Source of the DNA: Tubulanus polymorphus
Lineage: Eukaryota; Animalia; Nemertea
Direction of reading: 5' to 3'
NCBI RefSeq assembly: GCF_964204645.1
Contig: NC_134027.1
Span: forward strand, 7,038,485-7,102,484
DNA: 64,000 bases
Part shown: positions 1 to 13,488 of the stretch, piece after piece
How the letters are laid out: every line of letters starts with the position of its first letter
Numbering within the stretch: the first letter of the stretch is position 1
Notes under the pieces: model-generated
Told to the model about the DNA's origin: nothing
The model's database searches: none
Seen by the model: the letters and a program-made list of their open reading frames with translations, nothing else
Made by a program: the position numbers and the translations under genes

Positions 1-63
1 ATGACTGAAGAATGAATCGAACGAAACAAAAAGGAAAACTGTTTCCTTAAACTGATATGTTAC

Positions 64-1229
64 CTGTTTCACTTCCTTTGGGTGTTAAAAATACACGGTT
101 CATAACAAGTTTTTTATGAGTATGACCGTAATAATTGACTTCGAGTTCTGGACCTTTCACCGATTTCCCCGGTGCCAAGTTCCAATTCCCAAATGTTTTA
201 GCTAAAATATAAATGAAGTTTCATATTAAAACTGTTGATGATAGAATGAAGTACGCTCCACTGTGGCAAGCGTGGATCTGCCAGGTTCGCTATTGGTAAC
301 TGGGTTATCACGCTTCAATTTCCTCTAAATTTCAGTTTCAGTTAAATTCAAATCAAGTTACATTCTCATTGCTGCTCACCTTTCATGCGATATTCTTCTT
401 CAAATAAGACATTTGAGCCGACTGTATCCTTGTATTCTCCTGAGTAAACAGCACCTCCGATTTCCAACAGCGGGTTTTCACCATCAAGATTCTGAAAATA
501 TACATTCAATTTCTATACATACAAATACTTGAGGCGGCAAGACAGTTTGAATGCGATGATGCACACCAATATTGTACAGGTCTCTCCAGCTTTGTAAAGA
601 AAATCTTTATCAATCACTCCAGCCAACTCCATTACAACTAACGTCTCCTAGAAAAAAAATTGAAAATCAAGAATCTATAAATCCAAAATTATTGTCAGTA
701 ACAGGGGGTCTTTGCCGAAATCCAAGGCATAATACCAACAACACCATAATCTGAGTCATCCTCGCTTGCCCTGGCCGCCAGACCCTTGATTAGTCTATAA
801 GACCACCCAAGATTTCTTAGGTGGACAGGTTGCCACTCAGCAGCCACCTGTCTAAGCTTATATATCTAACCAAACAGATGTCTGGTTAGAGCAAATCTGT
901 CGAAAAACAACGCATCTGATTGGATTGCCGCCGAGCGGCACCCTGTACACCTGTCCAAAGTAATAATCTTCTGCGGCCAGAGTTTGTATTGGCATGAGCT
1001 TCGGTGAGAGGGAATCTAACACTGACATTGAGTGATTCCACTGAGAGCTCCAAAATTAAAAAACCGATGAACCAAAACTTATGTAGTTACATTTCGGTAA
1101 ATAGTGCGACTCATTTCATTCTTTCTATGTTTTTAGGACAAAGTAAACCGAGATATTCATCAAATTTCATTAGATCATTATCAGTATATTAACCTCTTCC
1201 TCTGTATCACTTTGATCGCCTGAATTCAT
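64..1229 (-). CDS. GTF3C6: General transcription factor IIIC subunit 6 (TFIIIC35), multi-exon, continues past window start
   Basis: Exons 1229-1194, 647-567, 491-380 and 201-64 with GT-AG boundaries splice to MNSGDQSDTEEE-ETLVVMELAGVIDKDFL...TIL-NLDGENPLLEIGGAVYSGEYKDTVGSNVLFEE...YYGHTHKKLVMNRVFL. This matches recalled human LVLVELSGIIDSDFL...GEYEDTLGTCVIFEE...HTMKKLSM. Not visible in the ORF track. Confidence 0.88.
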
Positions 1230-1910
1230 GCTCAAAAAATAAACAACAATCGATTCAAAATAGATTCAATTTTTCAGCCGGGTTATCGCTAATCCTCGGT
1301 ATTGGACTCGACTCTACCGGGAAGTAGGCGTCGCTTCTTGCTATTATGCGGCAAATTTGGATCTACTTATCTCCAAATTAACGTTACGATAGTAGCTAAT
1401 TAGCAGCCTGTCAAGTAATAAACGCTGCGATCAATTGTAAGAGATAAGTAGCGAAGAATAGGGCTCTATCAGGTATAACAAAAGACAAGAGTAGGCGGCC
1501 TAGGTCACCCCCCTTTCTTTTGTAGCTGCGTCTGCCTTAGTATTTTTTTTGGTTTTTTTATTCATTTTTTCCTGGCTGGGGGATGGAAGTTTGAGCAGAT
1601 GACACCTGGGACTGGGAGGGTCTAGTGGATATGCTGTCCCGGGTGTGAATACTGCTTTGACCAACCTATTTTCTCCAAAATCTAACTTTGACCTTTTCCT
1701 TGAATTTTCTAATCCAATAAGTCGCACACTGCGACAAGTTGTGTGTGACTTAAAAAATTCAAGTAAATGGCATGTGTTCAAATGTTCATGAATTGCCAAT
1801 GGTCAACACTCGTCCTCAACAAGACCATGTTACTTACCATCAACATCGTATTATCATTTAAACATTTAATATTTCAGTTTGTAAGAAGGTTAACCGGCAA
1901 TTAATTGATA

Positions 1911-4900
1911 ATGACAATGTAAGTTAAATGATGATTGCTTACAATTAGTTATCCCATATTCTATCTATACTGCTGTACATAAAATATAAACTTACAGATT
2001 CACTCATTGTCGTTTGGAGAGAATTATTACTTCTATTTCATTTTATTTCAGGGATAATATACGAGTATTTGTGAGAGTGCGACCACCGGAGAATTTGGAG
2101 TCATCAGACTTGGAAACTCAATGCCTGGAAGTAGATTCAGCTCGTAATGCAGTCATCATGAATTGTAAACCTGAACAGAAGGTTTTCACATATGATCAGG
2201 TTGCAGATATAGAAACCACACAGGTACTGATTAAAATAGGATTGCTACTTCTTTATCAAACATGAGAACCCTCCTTTCAATATGTTTAAAAGGCATTCAA
2301 ATTATTCTTAATGATTATAGGAGTTTGTATTTACAAATGTTGGTAAGAATATCATCGAGAGTGCATTGAAAGGATACAACGGCACGATATTCGCGTACGG
2401 CCAGACTGGATCCGGAAAATCGTTTACAATGTTGGGACCGCAGGAAGATAATAACATCCAACATGACTGGCGCGGGGTTATACCTCGTACATTTGGATAC
2501 CTCTTCTCATTGATAGAAAGAGAACAACAACTGGTAAATATTCTGTAGCTTCCACATATAAACTTGAGAGATAATTAACATAGTCGCTAAGTTAAGTGTA
2601 AGTCTATGCATTTTGCCACAAAAAAGATCTTTGAATTGTAATTACAAGCCACAAATCAGTTGACTGTTAACTATGTTGATGTAATGAACAAGGTTCAGAA
2701 ATTTTGACAATTGATTACTTATTATAATTTCCAGAAAGGAGAAAATGTAGAATTTCTTGTGCGATGTTCATTTCTGGAGATTTACAATGAACAGATATTC
2801 GATCTGCTGGAACCTTCGGCAATGCCGCTACATTTGAGAGAAAACATAAAACATGGCGTTTATGTTGAAAATCTGACAGAAGTAACGGTGAAAAATTCGA
2901 TGGAATCGTATGAGGTCAGTTTAAAAGGAAATTAGGTAGTAACACAGTGACTTATAGTTTATCAAGGTTTTAATCCTATTATACATTAAGCTTATGTGTG
3001 TTAAGCCCAGCGCACATGGCAAAAATGTACATGTTTGTTTCAAACAGAAAACACATTTTGAGTAAAAGTTTTACCCGCTAACAGTAAAATGTTAGTGATG
3101 TTCCCTGATTGGTTATTAAGCCGTAGATGTTTTGTCAAACACAATAATATCCAACACACCGGGACAAAAAATATCTTCAACGAAACGAAACGTTTTTCTG
3201 TTTGGCGTTTTCTGTTTTTTTTTACTTCAACGCACACTTGTTCGTTGGGCTTTGATAACAAACAAGTATAAATTTTTTCACAAAGGCACTTATTGGAGGT
3301 ATGCAAAACAGACGGGTGGCAGCAACATCGATGAATCGAGAAAGCTCACGCAGTCATGCTGTATTCACTATTCATATAGAATCGAAGGTATGTGATGTGA
3401 TACAATTTAAACTTTAGATTTGAAAGTACAATTTGTTTTTTCACCTCAAAATTCTTTGATACAGCAAAAAAATGAAGGCCTTCAAAACATACGTCTGTCA
3501 AGACTTCATCTGGTTGATTTGGCTGGAAGTGAACGCCAAAAAGACACTAACACTGCCGGGCAACGGCTCAAGGTACATCAATTTTACAATCAGTGATATC
3601 GATTAAATCTAATGGTTTCGTTTGAAAACTTTCTGTGCATTATTGATAGGAAGCTGGCAGTATCAACAAATCTTTATCAGTGCTGGGACACGTTATAATG
3701 TCCCTCGTAGATATAGCTCAAGGCAAAGACAGATACGTTCCTTACCGGGATTCAAAGCTTAGCTTCTTGTTGCGGGTGAGCGTTTCAATATCAGATCGAA
3801 TTTGAAATATTGAAATTATTCAAGATTTTACATGTTACTACCGTTAGTATGAATTCATGATTGATAATCTTGTTTCAAATTTTTTTTTTCAATTTTTGCA
3901 GGATTCTCTGGGTGGTAATGCAATGACTTGCATAATAGCGTGTATACATCCAAGTTCTAGGTACATGAACAAATATATCTTAACCAGCTCATCTTAGTGC
4001 AATCTGTTTTATGTAATGCACTGATATAGACCTGTTCACTCGTAATTTTTGTTTTCAAAGATGCTTTGGCGAAACTCTGTCAACACTTCATTTTGCTCGA
4101 AGAGCAAAAATGATTAAAAACAAGGTAAGTACCCCTGTAACTGATTTAAGTTGATCGGTGTTTTGATGGCGCCATGGTTGAGAATTGTTACATTATTTTT
4201 CTAATTAGGCAATTATTAATGAAGATACTCAGGGAAATATAGCTCATCTGCAAAATGAGATTCGTCGGCTAAAAGAACAAATAGCTCAGATGAACATGAG
4301 TCCTGTTGTTTCAAAAGGCGTAAACTCTTCTAGTCATATCATCATGCCGTCGTCCCGCGATCATGAAGAAATGGAAAATTGGAAACGAAAATTCATTGAA
4401 GCAATGCACTTCAGGGATAAATCCGAACAAGAGAAACAAACACTGAAGGCCAAGTCTCTCGAGTTAGAGGATCTAGTGCGCAAAAAAGAAAGATTCCTGC
4501 AAAATCAGAAAATGATAGTGAAATTCAAAGAAAGCCGTATTGCTCAACTTGAGAAAAATGTGAAAGAAATCGATAGCCAACTGATGATAGTATGTACACC
4601 TACCAGTCAACTTCATGTTGTCTCAGGTTTGTCTATGTTGTACATTGATTCTTAATTTCTTCTTAAATTAATTTGTTATAGAATTCTATGAAAGAGGAAA
4701 TCGAATGTTTGAAAGACAACTTACAGCATAATCCAAAACTGACTCAAATTGCGCTTGAAAAAGAGCATCTACGTAATGAAGTGAAACGTCTTCGCAGCAT
4801 CGAAGCTGTCGCAACTGGTTTCAGAATCGAACGTGAGAAAATGAATGATTTGGAAAAGGTTTACACAGAGCTCATGCAAGAGAAAGGAGATGGAGACAAT

Positions 4901-7900
4901 AACAATGGTATATTATTTTCAAGTCCACCATGTTTCATACCGATTCTTTATGTTATTGAATCGATGTGTCTGTGTCAAGGTATTGGTTCATATCTTTTAC
5001 AGTAATATCCGATTGTCGTTCATGTACTCCTCAAGCTAGTGAAAGCGTTTCCGTTGCTACAATTGAGCGTTATGAATCGCAAATACGGGCGCTTCAAGAG
5101 GAAATAAATAATGTAAAGTTAGGTTGAATATATGTATAATATCAGTTAGACAGCTAGAAAAGGTGTCTACATCATTTCAAGATATTCATACTTTCAGTTA
5201 AAAGAGGAAACGAGAAAATCGAGAGAAGAAACTGAAAAAAGAAATGTTGACCTTCAGTCTGAATTAACGTCTTTTCAAAAAGCAAATTCTGAGCTAGAGA
5301 AAGTTCTAGAAGCTCATCAGCTGAAGAGTCGCATGGAAATTGATTCAATGAACAACATGCATTTACATACGATTCAGGTGATAAAGCTTGTAACTTTAAC
5401 ATTTGAATGGCTGATGTATTATTGGCAGCTAACTAAAAATGGACTTTCCGGTATTTCAGACGTTTACCACCCCTACAAAACTTACGTACAGTCTCAGAAA
5501 TCGAGATATTCATCGGAAGAGTCTCGGTGGACCAATTGAAATGATTCTTGAAGAGGAGGACAACATTTTTGATGAAAAAGAACTTCCTGAAATGGCTGAA
5601 CAAGCTAAAGAAGCTCTTACTGAGGAAATAAAAAGACTTCAGGTAGAGAAATAAGAAAGTTGATTGCTTTGGGGAAAACTTCATTCATCTTCATGGTTGA
5701 TTTTAATATATTTGAAACAATATTAGGACATTTATTAAGCGTATCTTTTTCAGGAGCAAAGTAGTTCCCTACAAGAGCAATTTCAAGCAATGGAAAGTGA
5801 AAACTTAAAACTTCGACAGACCCATTCTAAACATGAGACGAAAATTGAACAGCTCAATGAGGTTTGTTATGTTGTTCATTTTGCAATTTCTAGTTTCAAT
5901 CACATTTCTTAATGCAATGATATCATGTTAAGATTTTGGAAAGTGAGAGATCATCGTTCAAGACTCTCAATGATAGTTTGACTAAACAAGTGGATGAAAT
6001 CACTAAGGATTTGAATGTAACTAAATCTCATGAATCAGGTAAATTTACCCACTATATGCTACTACAATACCTGATAACCAAAAAATACTGAGGATTTTTG
6101 TGTGCTTATATCTGAAAGAAAGTAGAAATTTGCATTGTTCATACTTTTTTCTATTTTACATTCAGTTCTGAAGGAAGAAGTACAAGATCTGAAATTGTTA
6201 TTGGGCTCATCAGACAATGAATTAAAAGCAGCCAAGTGTCTGGTCACTGTCCAAAAGACAACTATGGATAAAGAGGTTGCTAGTCTAGAAACGGAGGTAC
6301 TAAGGCTGAGGGACTTAAAAAAAGATTAGATTAATGTTCATAGAAAAGAATACTTATAATCATAATTTTGTAGTTGTCCCGTTTGAAAGATGAACTTTCC
6401 AAGATGAATCGAGATCGTGACATCGCTTTAGAGGAGAAGGGTTCCTTAGTTGAAAACCTTGACACAGCTCATGCAACATTAAGCTTCTTCGAAGATGAAA
6501 TGAAAGAATTAGAAAAAAAACTACTTGAAGAGCGTGTGAAAGTGAAAAATCTTCATGTGGAATTACAGGTACGGTATCTATCCATTTTCACACACAACAA
6601 CAAAATCCTGCACTTTCATTTTAGAGTTGCATCTGAAGAAAGATACTACAGATTCAAAATTATAGAAATGTTATTTATGTATCATAGAACGCAGCTGAGA
6701 AGCAACAAATAGATGATCAAAACTATGCTAGATTACTGGAACAAATTACACAGCAAGGCGAAGATAAGGTATACTTCTGTTTGTTATTGTTATATCAGTG
6801 TGTAAAGTAGCAATTAGTCAAGAAGATACATAATATGCATGTAAGATGGACTTACCAGAGAAATCAATTTATTGAGCAACTTTTACTTTTAGCCATCATA
6901 AGTATGCCTGATGATGGCTAATAGTCTTTAGCGGAAACGTTGCTCAATTCATAAACCTTCTACTCAAGAACTTAACATCTTTGGCTGAATTATTGTGGGA
7001 TTTTCTCGTATACCTGAAGTAGTTTCACTCACTCTCTGCGGTTGTTACTGCATTTTAGGAAAAAGAATTCGCAAAACATGTCGAGGAGAACAAGATGTTA
7101 CGTGATCATCTGTACAGCATTCAACAGCAGTACGAAGAAAAAAGTGGTAGCCTCATTCAATCAAATGAACAAATTGAGAAATTACGAGAAGAGCAAACGT
7201 TGCTTCAGAAAATGTCACGTGAACAACAGGTATTTACACGATTCCTGTCAAATTTCCATTGGAATATATATTTGCTAATTTGTTTCTCATTTGACTCAAC
7301 AAGACATTAGGATCTTTGACCGAAACCTGAAAAATTAATGTTTCACTTTAGGAATTACTATCCCAACTCGGTCAGCGATCTCAGGATCAGAACAGTCGAC
7401 TGAACCAACAGGATAGAATAATCACCGATCTTCATGACGAAATCGAGGGTTGCCATAAGAGAACGAATGACCTAGAAAATGTCAACGAAAAAATCAGACG
7501 AGAAAATGAAGCCTTACGCCAGCAATTCAACGAAAGTGAAGCTGAATTCACTCGTAAGATAAATGTTAAAGAAGTTGAGGTACTGATGGAATTTCGGATA
7601 TAACTTAATAACTTAAGCTGTCAGCAGTTACTGTTTATGATAATGTGCAACATAAAATTTCCAGATCTGTATTTACAAAGATGAATTGGAGGATATGAGT
7701 TCTCAATATAGCGTCCTTCAAGAGTCTTCAGCGATGACAGATATACAACGCCAACAGACGCTGGTATGTTGAAAAACATGCATCAAACATGAAACAGACG
7801 CCCTTCTTTTGAGAAATAGCTTAATAATCTCCGATCGGTTTATACATTTATGTATTTTTTGTTTGACAGGAAGAATTACAGGAATCTAAAAAACAGATCG

Positions 7901-10034
7901 AACAACTGAAACACGAGGTAGTTCAAAATATCAGTTTTATTCTTACAGTTGCAATATGATTGTTCTTAGTCAATAAACCTCAAACCGTTTGTAGTTACTT
8001 CAGAAGAGCAAAGAGCTGGAGGAATTTGAAAGAACGATGCAGGCTCGTTCATTAGACCATGCTGAAACCAAACAGACTGCGGAAGAGCTTCATTTAGTCA
8101 TACAAAGAAACTCAGAAGAATTTGCTAAATATCCTTTTTCAAAAGATGCCGCACAAACAGGCTTCTGGTCATCTTTTAATTTTTAAAAACTTCTCGCTGA
8201 AATGTAACAAGGTCTTTGATTTCCTTGACATTTCTCACATATAAGATCAGTCAGACAGAAACATTGAAAAAACATATCGAAGAATTTGAAACAGTTCGGA
8301 AAGATAAGAATAAGGAGATTGAGATGTTAAAGGTTTGTCTCCAGATTGGCAATTGATTACATTAAAGCATCTAGTCTTCGTTTGGTTCTTCTTCGATGTC
8401 TTTTCTTCAAAATTTCAGATGCAATTATCAGAAAATGAAACTCTTCGAAGTGAATATGAAAAGCTTGAAATCGGTTGTAAAGTTTTAGAAAGAGAACAGA
8501 GATTAGCAGTGAACAGGTTCCTTGTACCACAGATTCGACCGATTTGGAAACTAGTTTGGCAAAGTGAAATTAGAAAAATATGTGCATACATTTATTGGTT
8601 TCTTACAGAGAACAAGATATGGTGGAAAAACTAACAGATTTGCAGATGAAATACAATCAGCTGGAAGCATCTTTTTCAGAAAACAGTATGCAGCTTGTTG
8701 ATCAAGTTAAAGAAAAGGAATCCATGCAGAATGAGTATGTTTATTTGATTTTTGAATGGAATAAATTTTGGTAGATATGAATTTTCAAAGACAATACATT
8801 GGAAAATAGTAAGACGAGTTTATGAATTATAGGTTGGCAGTAGTCAATGTAACATTAGAAACATTAAGAGATGATCTGCAAATCAAACAAACTAACTTGG
8901 AAAGAATATCGGACTTAGCCGCCCATGATCAAGAAAAAATATCGGGCTTGATGTCATTAGTTGAGGAAATGAAAGAGGAGAAAGCTAAAACTCTGAAGGT
9001 AAGAAGACCTCTGTTAATTTTGATGTACTGATGTCGTCTTGTTATTTTCGTGTTGAAATGTCATTTAACCACCTTCAATAAGTGAAGACACCAAATATCA
9101 TTCTCTTCTAAATAAACATTTTTATCATTCTACTAGCATTTGGAAAATGTGAAAGCTGAGAATGCTAAGTTGGTTGGTCATCAAAATTTGAATCAAAAAA
9201 TCCACTATGTTTCGTCGCTGCAACAGGAAAAGAATAAACTTCAAGAGGTTTGTAGAAGTAATTTTGTTTCATATTTTGCTAATTACGGTACTATCAATTT
9301 GATCCAAATGTACAGTGAATTATTTAGTAGTTATAATATAAAGTCTACCTTGGTATTTAACGTCACTTGGAGGGGGTAGTTAGTCCTATTCTGGAATATT
9401 TATTATGAGCACTATCAGGCCATGTGTGCCAGTTTCATAGAGTCTGTAACTTTCAGACGGAAGATGACAGTTACTGTGTAATATCATCTCCTGCCATTCA
9501 GGATGAATCAACTGTTGTACGACCACCGCGAACAGTTCAAACGCCAGAGATGAGTTTATTCCCATTTGCAGCATTGCGCAAGAAAACCTACTTATAAAAC
9601 AGTGAACAATGGCTGCAGTTGATTAATAAGTTGGAACATGTTTATTTAAATGGTTGAACTTTGATTTGTTATGTAAAGTGCAAATATTTTGAAAAATAAA
9701 ATTGGTATGTTTGCTATCACGGGGCTACACCTCTCGATAATAGTTTGATTAGTGGACTTAACCTATCGACCACAGGTCTTCATTGTGGGTTCACATGTTG
9801 GATATTAACTATTTGACCTTATCTATTGACACAGTCATGTGTATCTTGTTAATGTATTCAAATGAAAAATAAAATCATGATTATTATTTAATACATCTGT
9901 ACACCTTGGTTACTTTTGAAATGCATGTATGAAAAGTGTTGTTAATAGTCAAGAGTCATTGAACTTTTTTGTTCATGTATTTTCAGGAAAATATGAAATT
10001 AAAGATAGAACTCAATAAACTGAAAAAAAGTTAG
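1911..10034 (+). CDS. KIF15: Kinesin-12 motor KIF15 (about 30 exons)
   Basis: N-terminal motor motifs [10 protein letters not shown]-loop [20 protein letters not shown], switch [10 protein letters not shown], switch [12 protein letters not shown] and YVPYRDSKL. These are followed by a long coiled coil and the C-terminal [15 protein letters not shown] motif shared by KIF15 and HMMR. Stop TAG at 10032-10034. Start inferred from ATGACAAT|gtaag at 1911. Confidence 0.93.
6871..6948 (+). repeat. Inverted repeat with hammerhead-like core (possible Penelope-like element remnant), intronic
   Basis: ATTGAGCAAC/GTTGCTCAAT and TAGCCATCAT/ATGATGGCTA arms; CTGATGA at 6908, a GCTA/TAGC stem, then GAAAC at 6934. 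Confidence 0.45.
8129..8238 (+). other. U12-type AT-AC intron in KIF15
   Basis: 5' site ATATCCTTT at 8129, branch site TTCCTTGAC at 8221-8229, 3' end CAC at 8238. Removing it joins ...[21 protein letters not shown] in frame. Confidence 0.9.
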
Positions 10035-10429
10035 GCGAACTCTTACTGGTTGGACTTTTACCTTGCTCGATTTAACGGGTTCACTTTTGATCACGCCAAT
10101 TTTACTCATTTGAATAACGTCAAACTGATATCCAGTCATGTCAATAGATTATAGGATACAGCATCTGCTGAAGTACTGATTCCATATTCGCGGTGTACAT
10201 TGATATGGTGTAAATATCATTGTGCTAGCATATAATTATATCTATTGAATGTCAGAAAAATGAATAATAATATTTATAATAATAAATATTTGATAACAAG
10301 AATACGATCGTCGTTAGTATAATGGAACCCTTATCACTTGGCTTGATCGTGGATGAAGATATCGAGGAATAATTCAGACACAGGAGGAAATTTCTAGATT
10401 TAACAAAGTGAACATTTTTCCCCAAGATA

Positions 10430-10595
10430 TAGTGGAACCTCGTCATAACGAACTTGGATAAAACGATTCATCGGATATAACTAATACAGAGAATTTCGTC
10501 CCAAGAAAATTTACCGGGTAATCAATTTCACACCGGTTATAACGAACATAGTTTCAGGTCCCATAATTGAAGTTTGTTGTAACGAGGTTCCACTG
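10430..10595. mobile_element. Tc1/mariner (pogo/Tigger-like) MITE
   Basis: TIRs TAGTGGAACCTCGTCATAAC / GTTGTAACGAGGTTCCACTG; TA on the left flank, right TSD degenerate. Confidence 0.7.
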
Positions 10596-11404
10596 TTTTG
10601 GCTTGCTACCCACATTAAGATGTGTGTATCAAATTGTACGGGTACCATGTCTGGTATATCGTTTGCAGCAGCTCCATTATTTAGCAAAGTGAAAAACCAT
10701 TCAAAACGAACAATTATATCATGTCAGTATCATGTGCATTTATATTTCCAAAAAAAGTTAATTGTTCTATAAATATACAATTGTTTTAAATTAATATTTG
10801 TTCATAAACCTTTCGAGAAACCCTGCAGAATTGTTTAGTGCTTTTCCGAATGAATTGGGAAATCATATCATATACGATATTCTAACTATTGGAGTGGAAA
10901 TTGCTCACTATAAATTAGATATACGAGATAATCGTTATATTTTCAACTGTACCCGATAGAATAACTGGCTTCGGCCATTGCATAGATACTTTACTTTATC
11001 AGATAGTGCACATTAGATCAGTAGTTTGATTTACAATCATTTGACCTTACAATAGCCTAGACACGTTTAAACCATAGAGATCTTATGTCAACATTATCTA
11101 TAACTGATCACCCATAGATGTAGTAATAAGAATTTTACTGGAATACTAGACCTCGAGATAAATCCACCATTTTTAAGCTTCAAGCAAATCAGTACTGGTA
11201 ATTAAACACACCATTCACGGGGAAACACAAGTTTATTTTCTAATTATATATATTCACATAAATGTACATGTATACAATAATACATATCACACTTGATCAA
11301 CGATACAATAATGGTAATTAAGCAATGTAAAATATATGTATAACGTTTGACTATTTATTACTTTTTATCAAATTTTCTTTCTAAAAATCTAAATCGTATC
11401 AACA

Positions 11405-12878
11405 TCAGTCAATGGATTTTAGAAATTCTTTATATTTCTCTTCGTCCATCAGAGAATCCAACTCCTCTGATTTTTCTAACTTCACTTTGAATAACCAACC
11501 TATAAATAGCAAAAGATGAAAGTTGGTTCCAAACGTAATGCAAGACTATTTCTAAGCAAAGATAGTTAGCAGTTGATTTCGACAGCTACATCATGCAATG
11601 ATATTTTTGGTGGTTTTGATTGAAAATTTGATTGATTGATCAGTTTACCTAACGAGGTATGAAAGGGAGTATAACTAAGGTGCAACTTGGTTGCAATTCT
11701 AGATATTATCGCAGTATTAAGGGATGTTTCATATTAATCTATTGTATTCCTCATGTAATTATTCAAGAGATTATACCTTCATCATACGGTGATTTATTGA
11801 TAAGGCTTGGTGTTCCGTCTATTTGGTTATTTATTTCAGCTATCTCTCCAGACACAGGCGTAAACAAATCACTAACTGCTTTGACACTTTCAATTGTTCC
11901 AACTTCACCTGAAGTATAAAGTTTCCAGAAAATCATCAGAATTTTTTTTGGAGAATGGCACGGTTGGATACAGGATTTTGGATGAGGGGGACGTGTACGC
12001 CGCATCCGCCCCTGAATGGAGCCACTGGGGCCTATCAATAGGTTTTTGAACTGATATTATACTCACTGCCTTGCTCAAACGAATCGCCTTCAGCTGGTAA
12101 TTCACAATATACCACATCTCCTAATTCACCCTAAGATTTACAAAGATACAGCATCGAATCATATTTTCTTTCAAACAAGTAATCTTTTACTAGTTTAGTG
12201 CCTTGGGTCATTTTTACCAACAGTCAAAGTATTCCAATAACAGTCTATTTCATCCATGAGCAAGAGGTACTTGACATAATAAGGTTTTCTACAGAATATC
12301 ATTATCAAGTGTCTATAGGACTACATACAATACTTGTATAAATAATTGCTTTATTCAGAATCATTGTCACTACTTTAATTAAAAAGTCAGCAGGAGACCT
12401 GAAGAGTTCATAAATGAATATAAGGATCGGTACATAAACCAGACAAGATAAGACATTTTTAAGACATGACAAGTTAAGTGTAGAATTTGACAGAATTCAA
12501 TACCTGTGCAAAATCTGTAATTCCTACTGCATATACATTCTCTTGATCAGTAGCTTTTATCCATTCATGATGTTCAGAGTATTGACAATCTGCAAGCAAA
12601 AAATAGAAACATAAAATAAATATAGAGATTTGGTATGCAATAGATTAGAAAGAAGTATGAAATCAATTTCCGGGGTCTCCTCGACCTCAAGAAGTGTAAA
12701 AAAATCTTACTATTCAAATAGGCTTAACATTACCTTTTCTCGTTTCTGATAGAAGTTTGATGGATGCACTGAAACATCTAATTGCTCTGTACTTGGTAGG
12801 CAACGTATTTACTGCATTCAGAGATCGTAAACCTCCAGAAAAAGCAGTTTTACAAGCGTGTCTCAACACCCCAGCCAT
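11405..12878 (-). CDS. GCSH: Glycine cleavage system H protein, mitochondrial (5 exons)
   Basis: Arg/Ser/Leu-rich presequence-like N-terminus, then YSEHHEWI, VGITDFAQ, LGDGVYCELP, the lipoyl-lysine motif IESVKAVSDLFTPVSGEI, and INKSPYDEGWLFKV. TGA at 11405. Confidence 0.95.
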
Positions 12879-13488
12879 ATTTCACTCGCTACTGAAAGAG
12901 TGAGTTCAAAGTTCACGGTTCATGGAACAAGGAAATCCAGTAGATGGCGGTATAGTACGGTAGATCGTGGTAAACGCGGTCGGTTCGGGTACAACGGCGG
13001 GTTCCGTCCGCAGTCGAGGACTTTTGAGGAAGCGAGGACTTTTGAGGAAACACTAACTTTGGTCAAGACAGCGGTTGTCAATCTGCAAATTTGACACTAC
13101 ATTTGACAGTACATCGATTTGATATGTACTCAGATTTCACATGGTCCCGGTCGAATGGAGGGGGGTTAGATTCCTCACAAACTGGTGAATTCCACGGCAG
13201 TTCACTCACATCAAAATAACATGCTGATCCCGATCTAAAAGCCGCGAACTCATAAAATCAGTTTGCGTGTACCAGAGGTTGACTGAATGCTGTGCCTGAT
13301 TTCCCATTTCTTTTGACCCCCATCTTTCAATTCGCTCATCGCAGTTAAATCCAGAAAAAAAACTTCTATATGATTGTAACGAAACACATTATATGCAATT
13401 ATCTACATCTTTATTTTTACATACGTAGGCATCACACGATTACAATTAAACCAAACACATCAGTTATATATACATAGTAGAGGAAACA

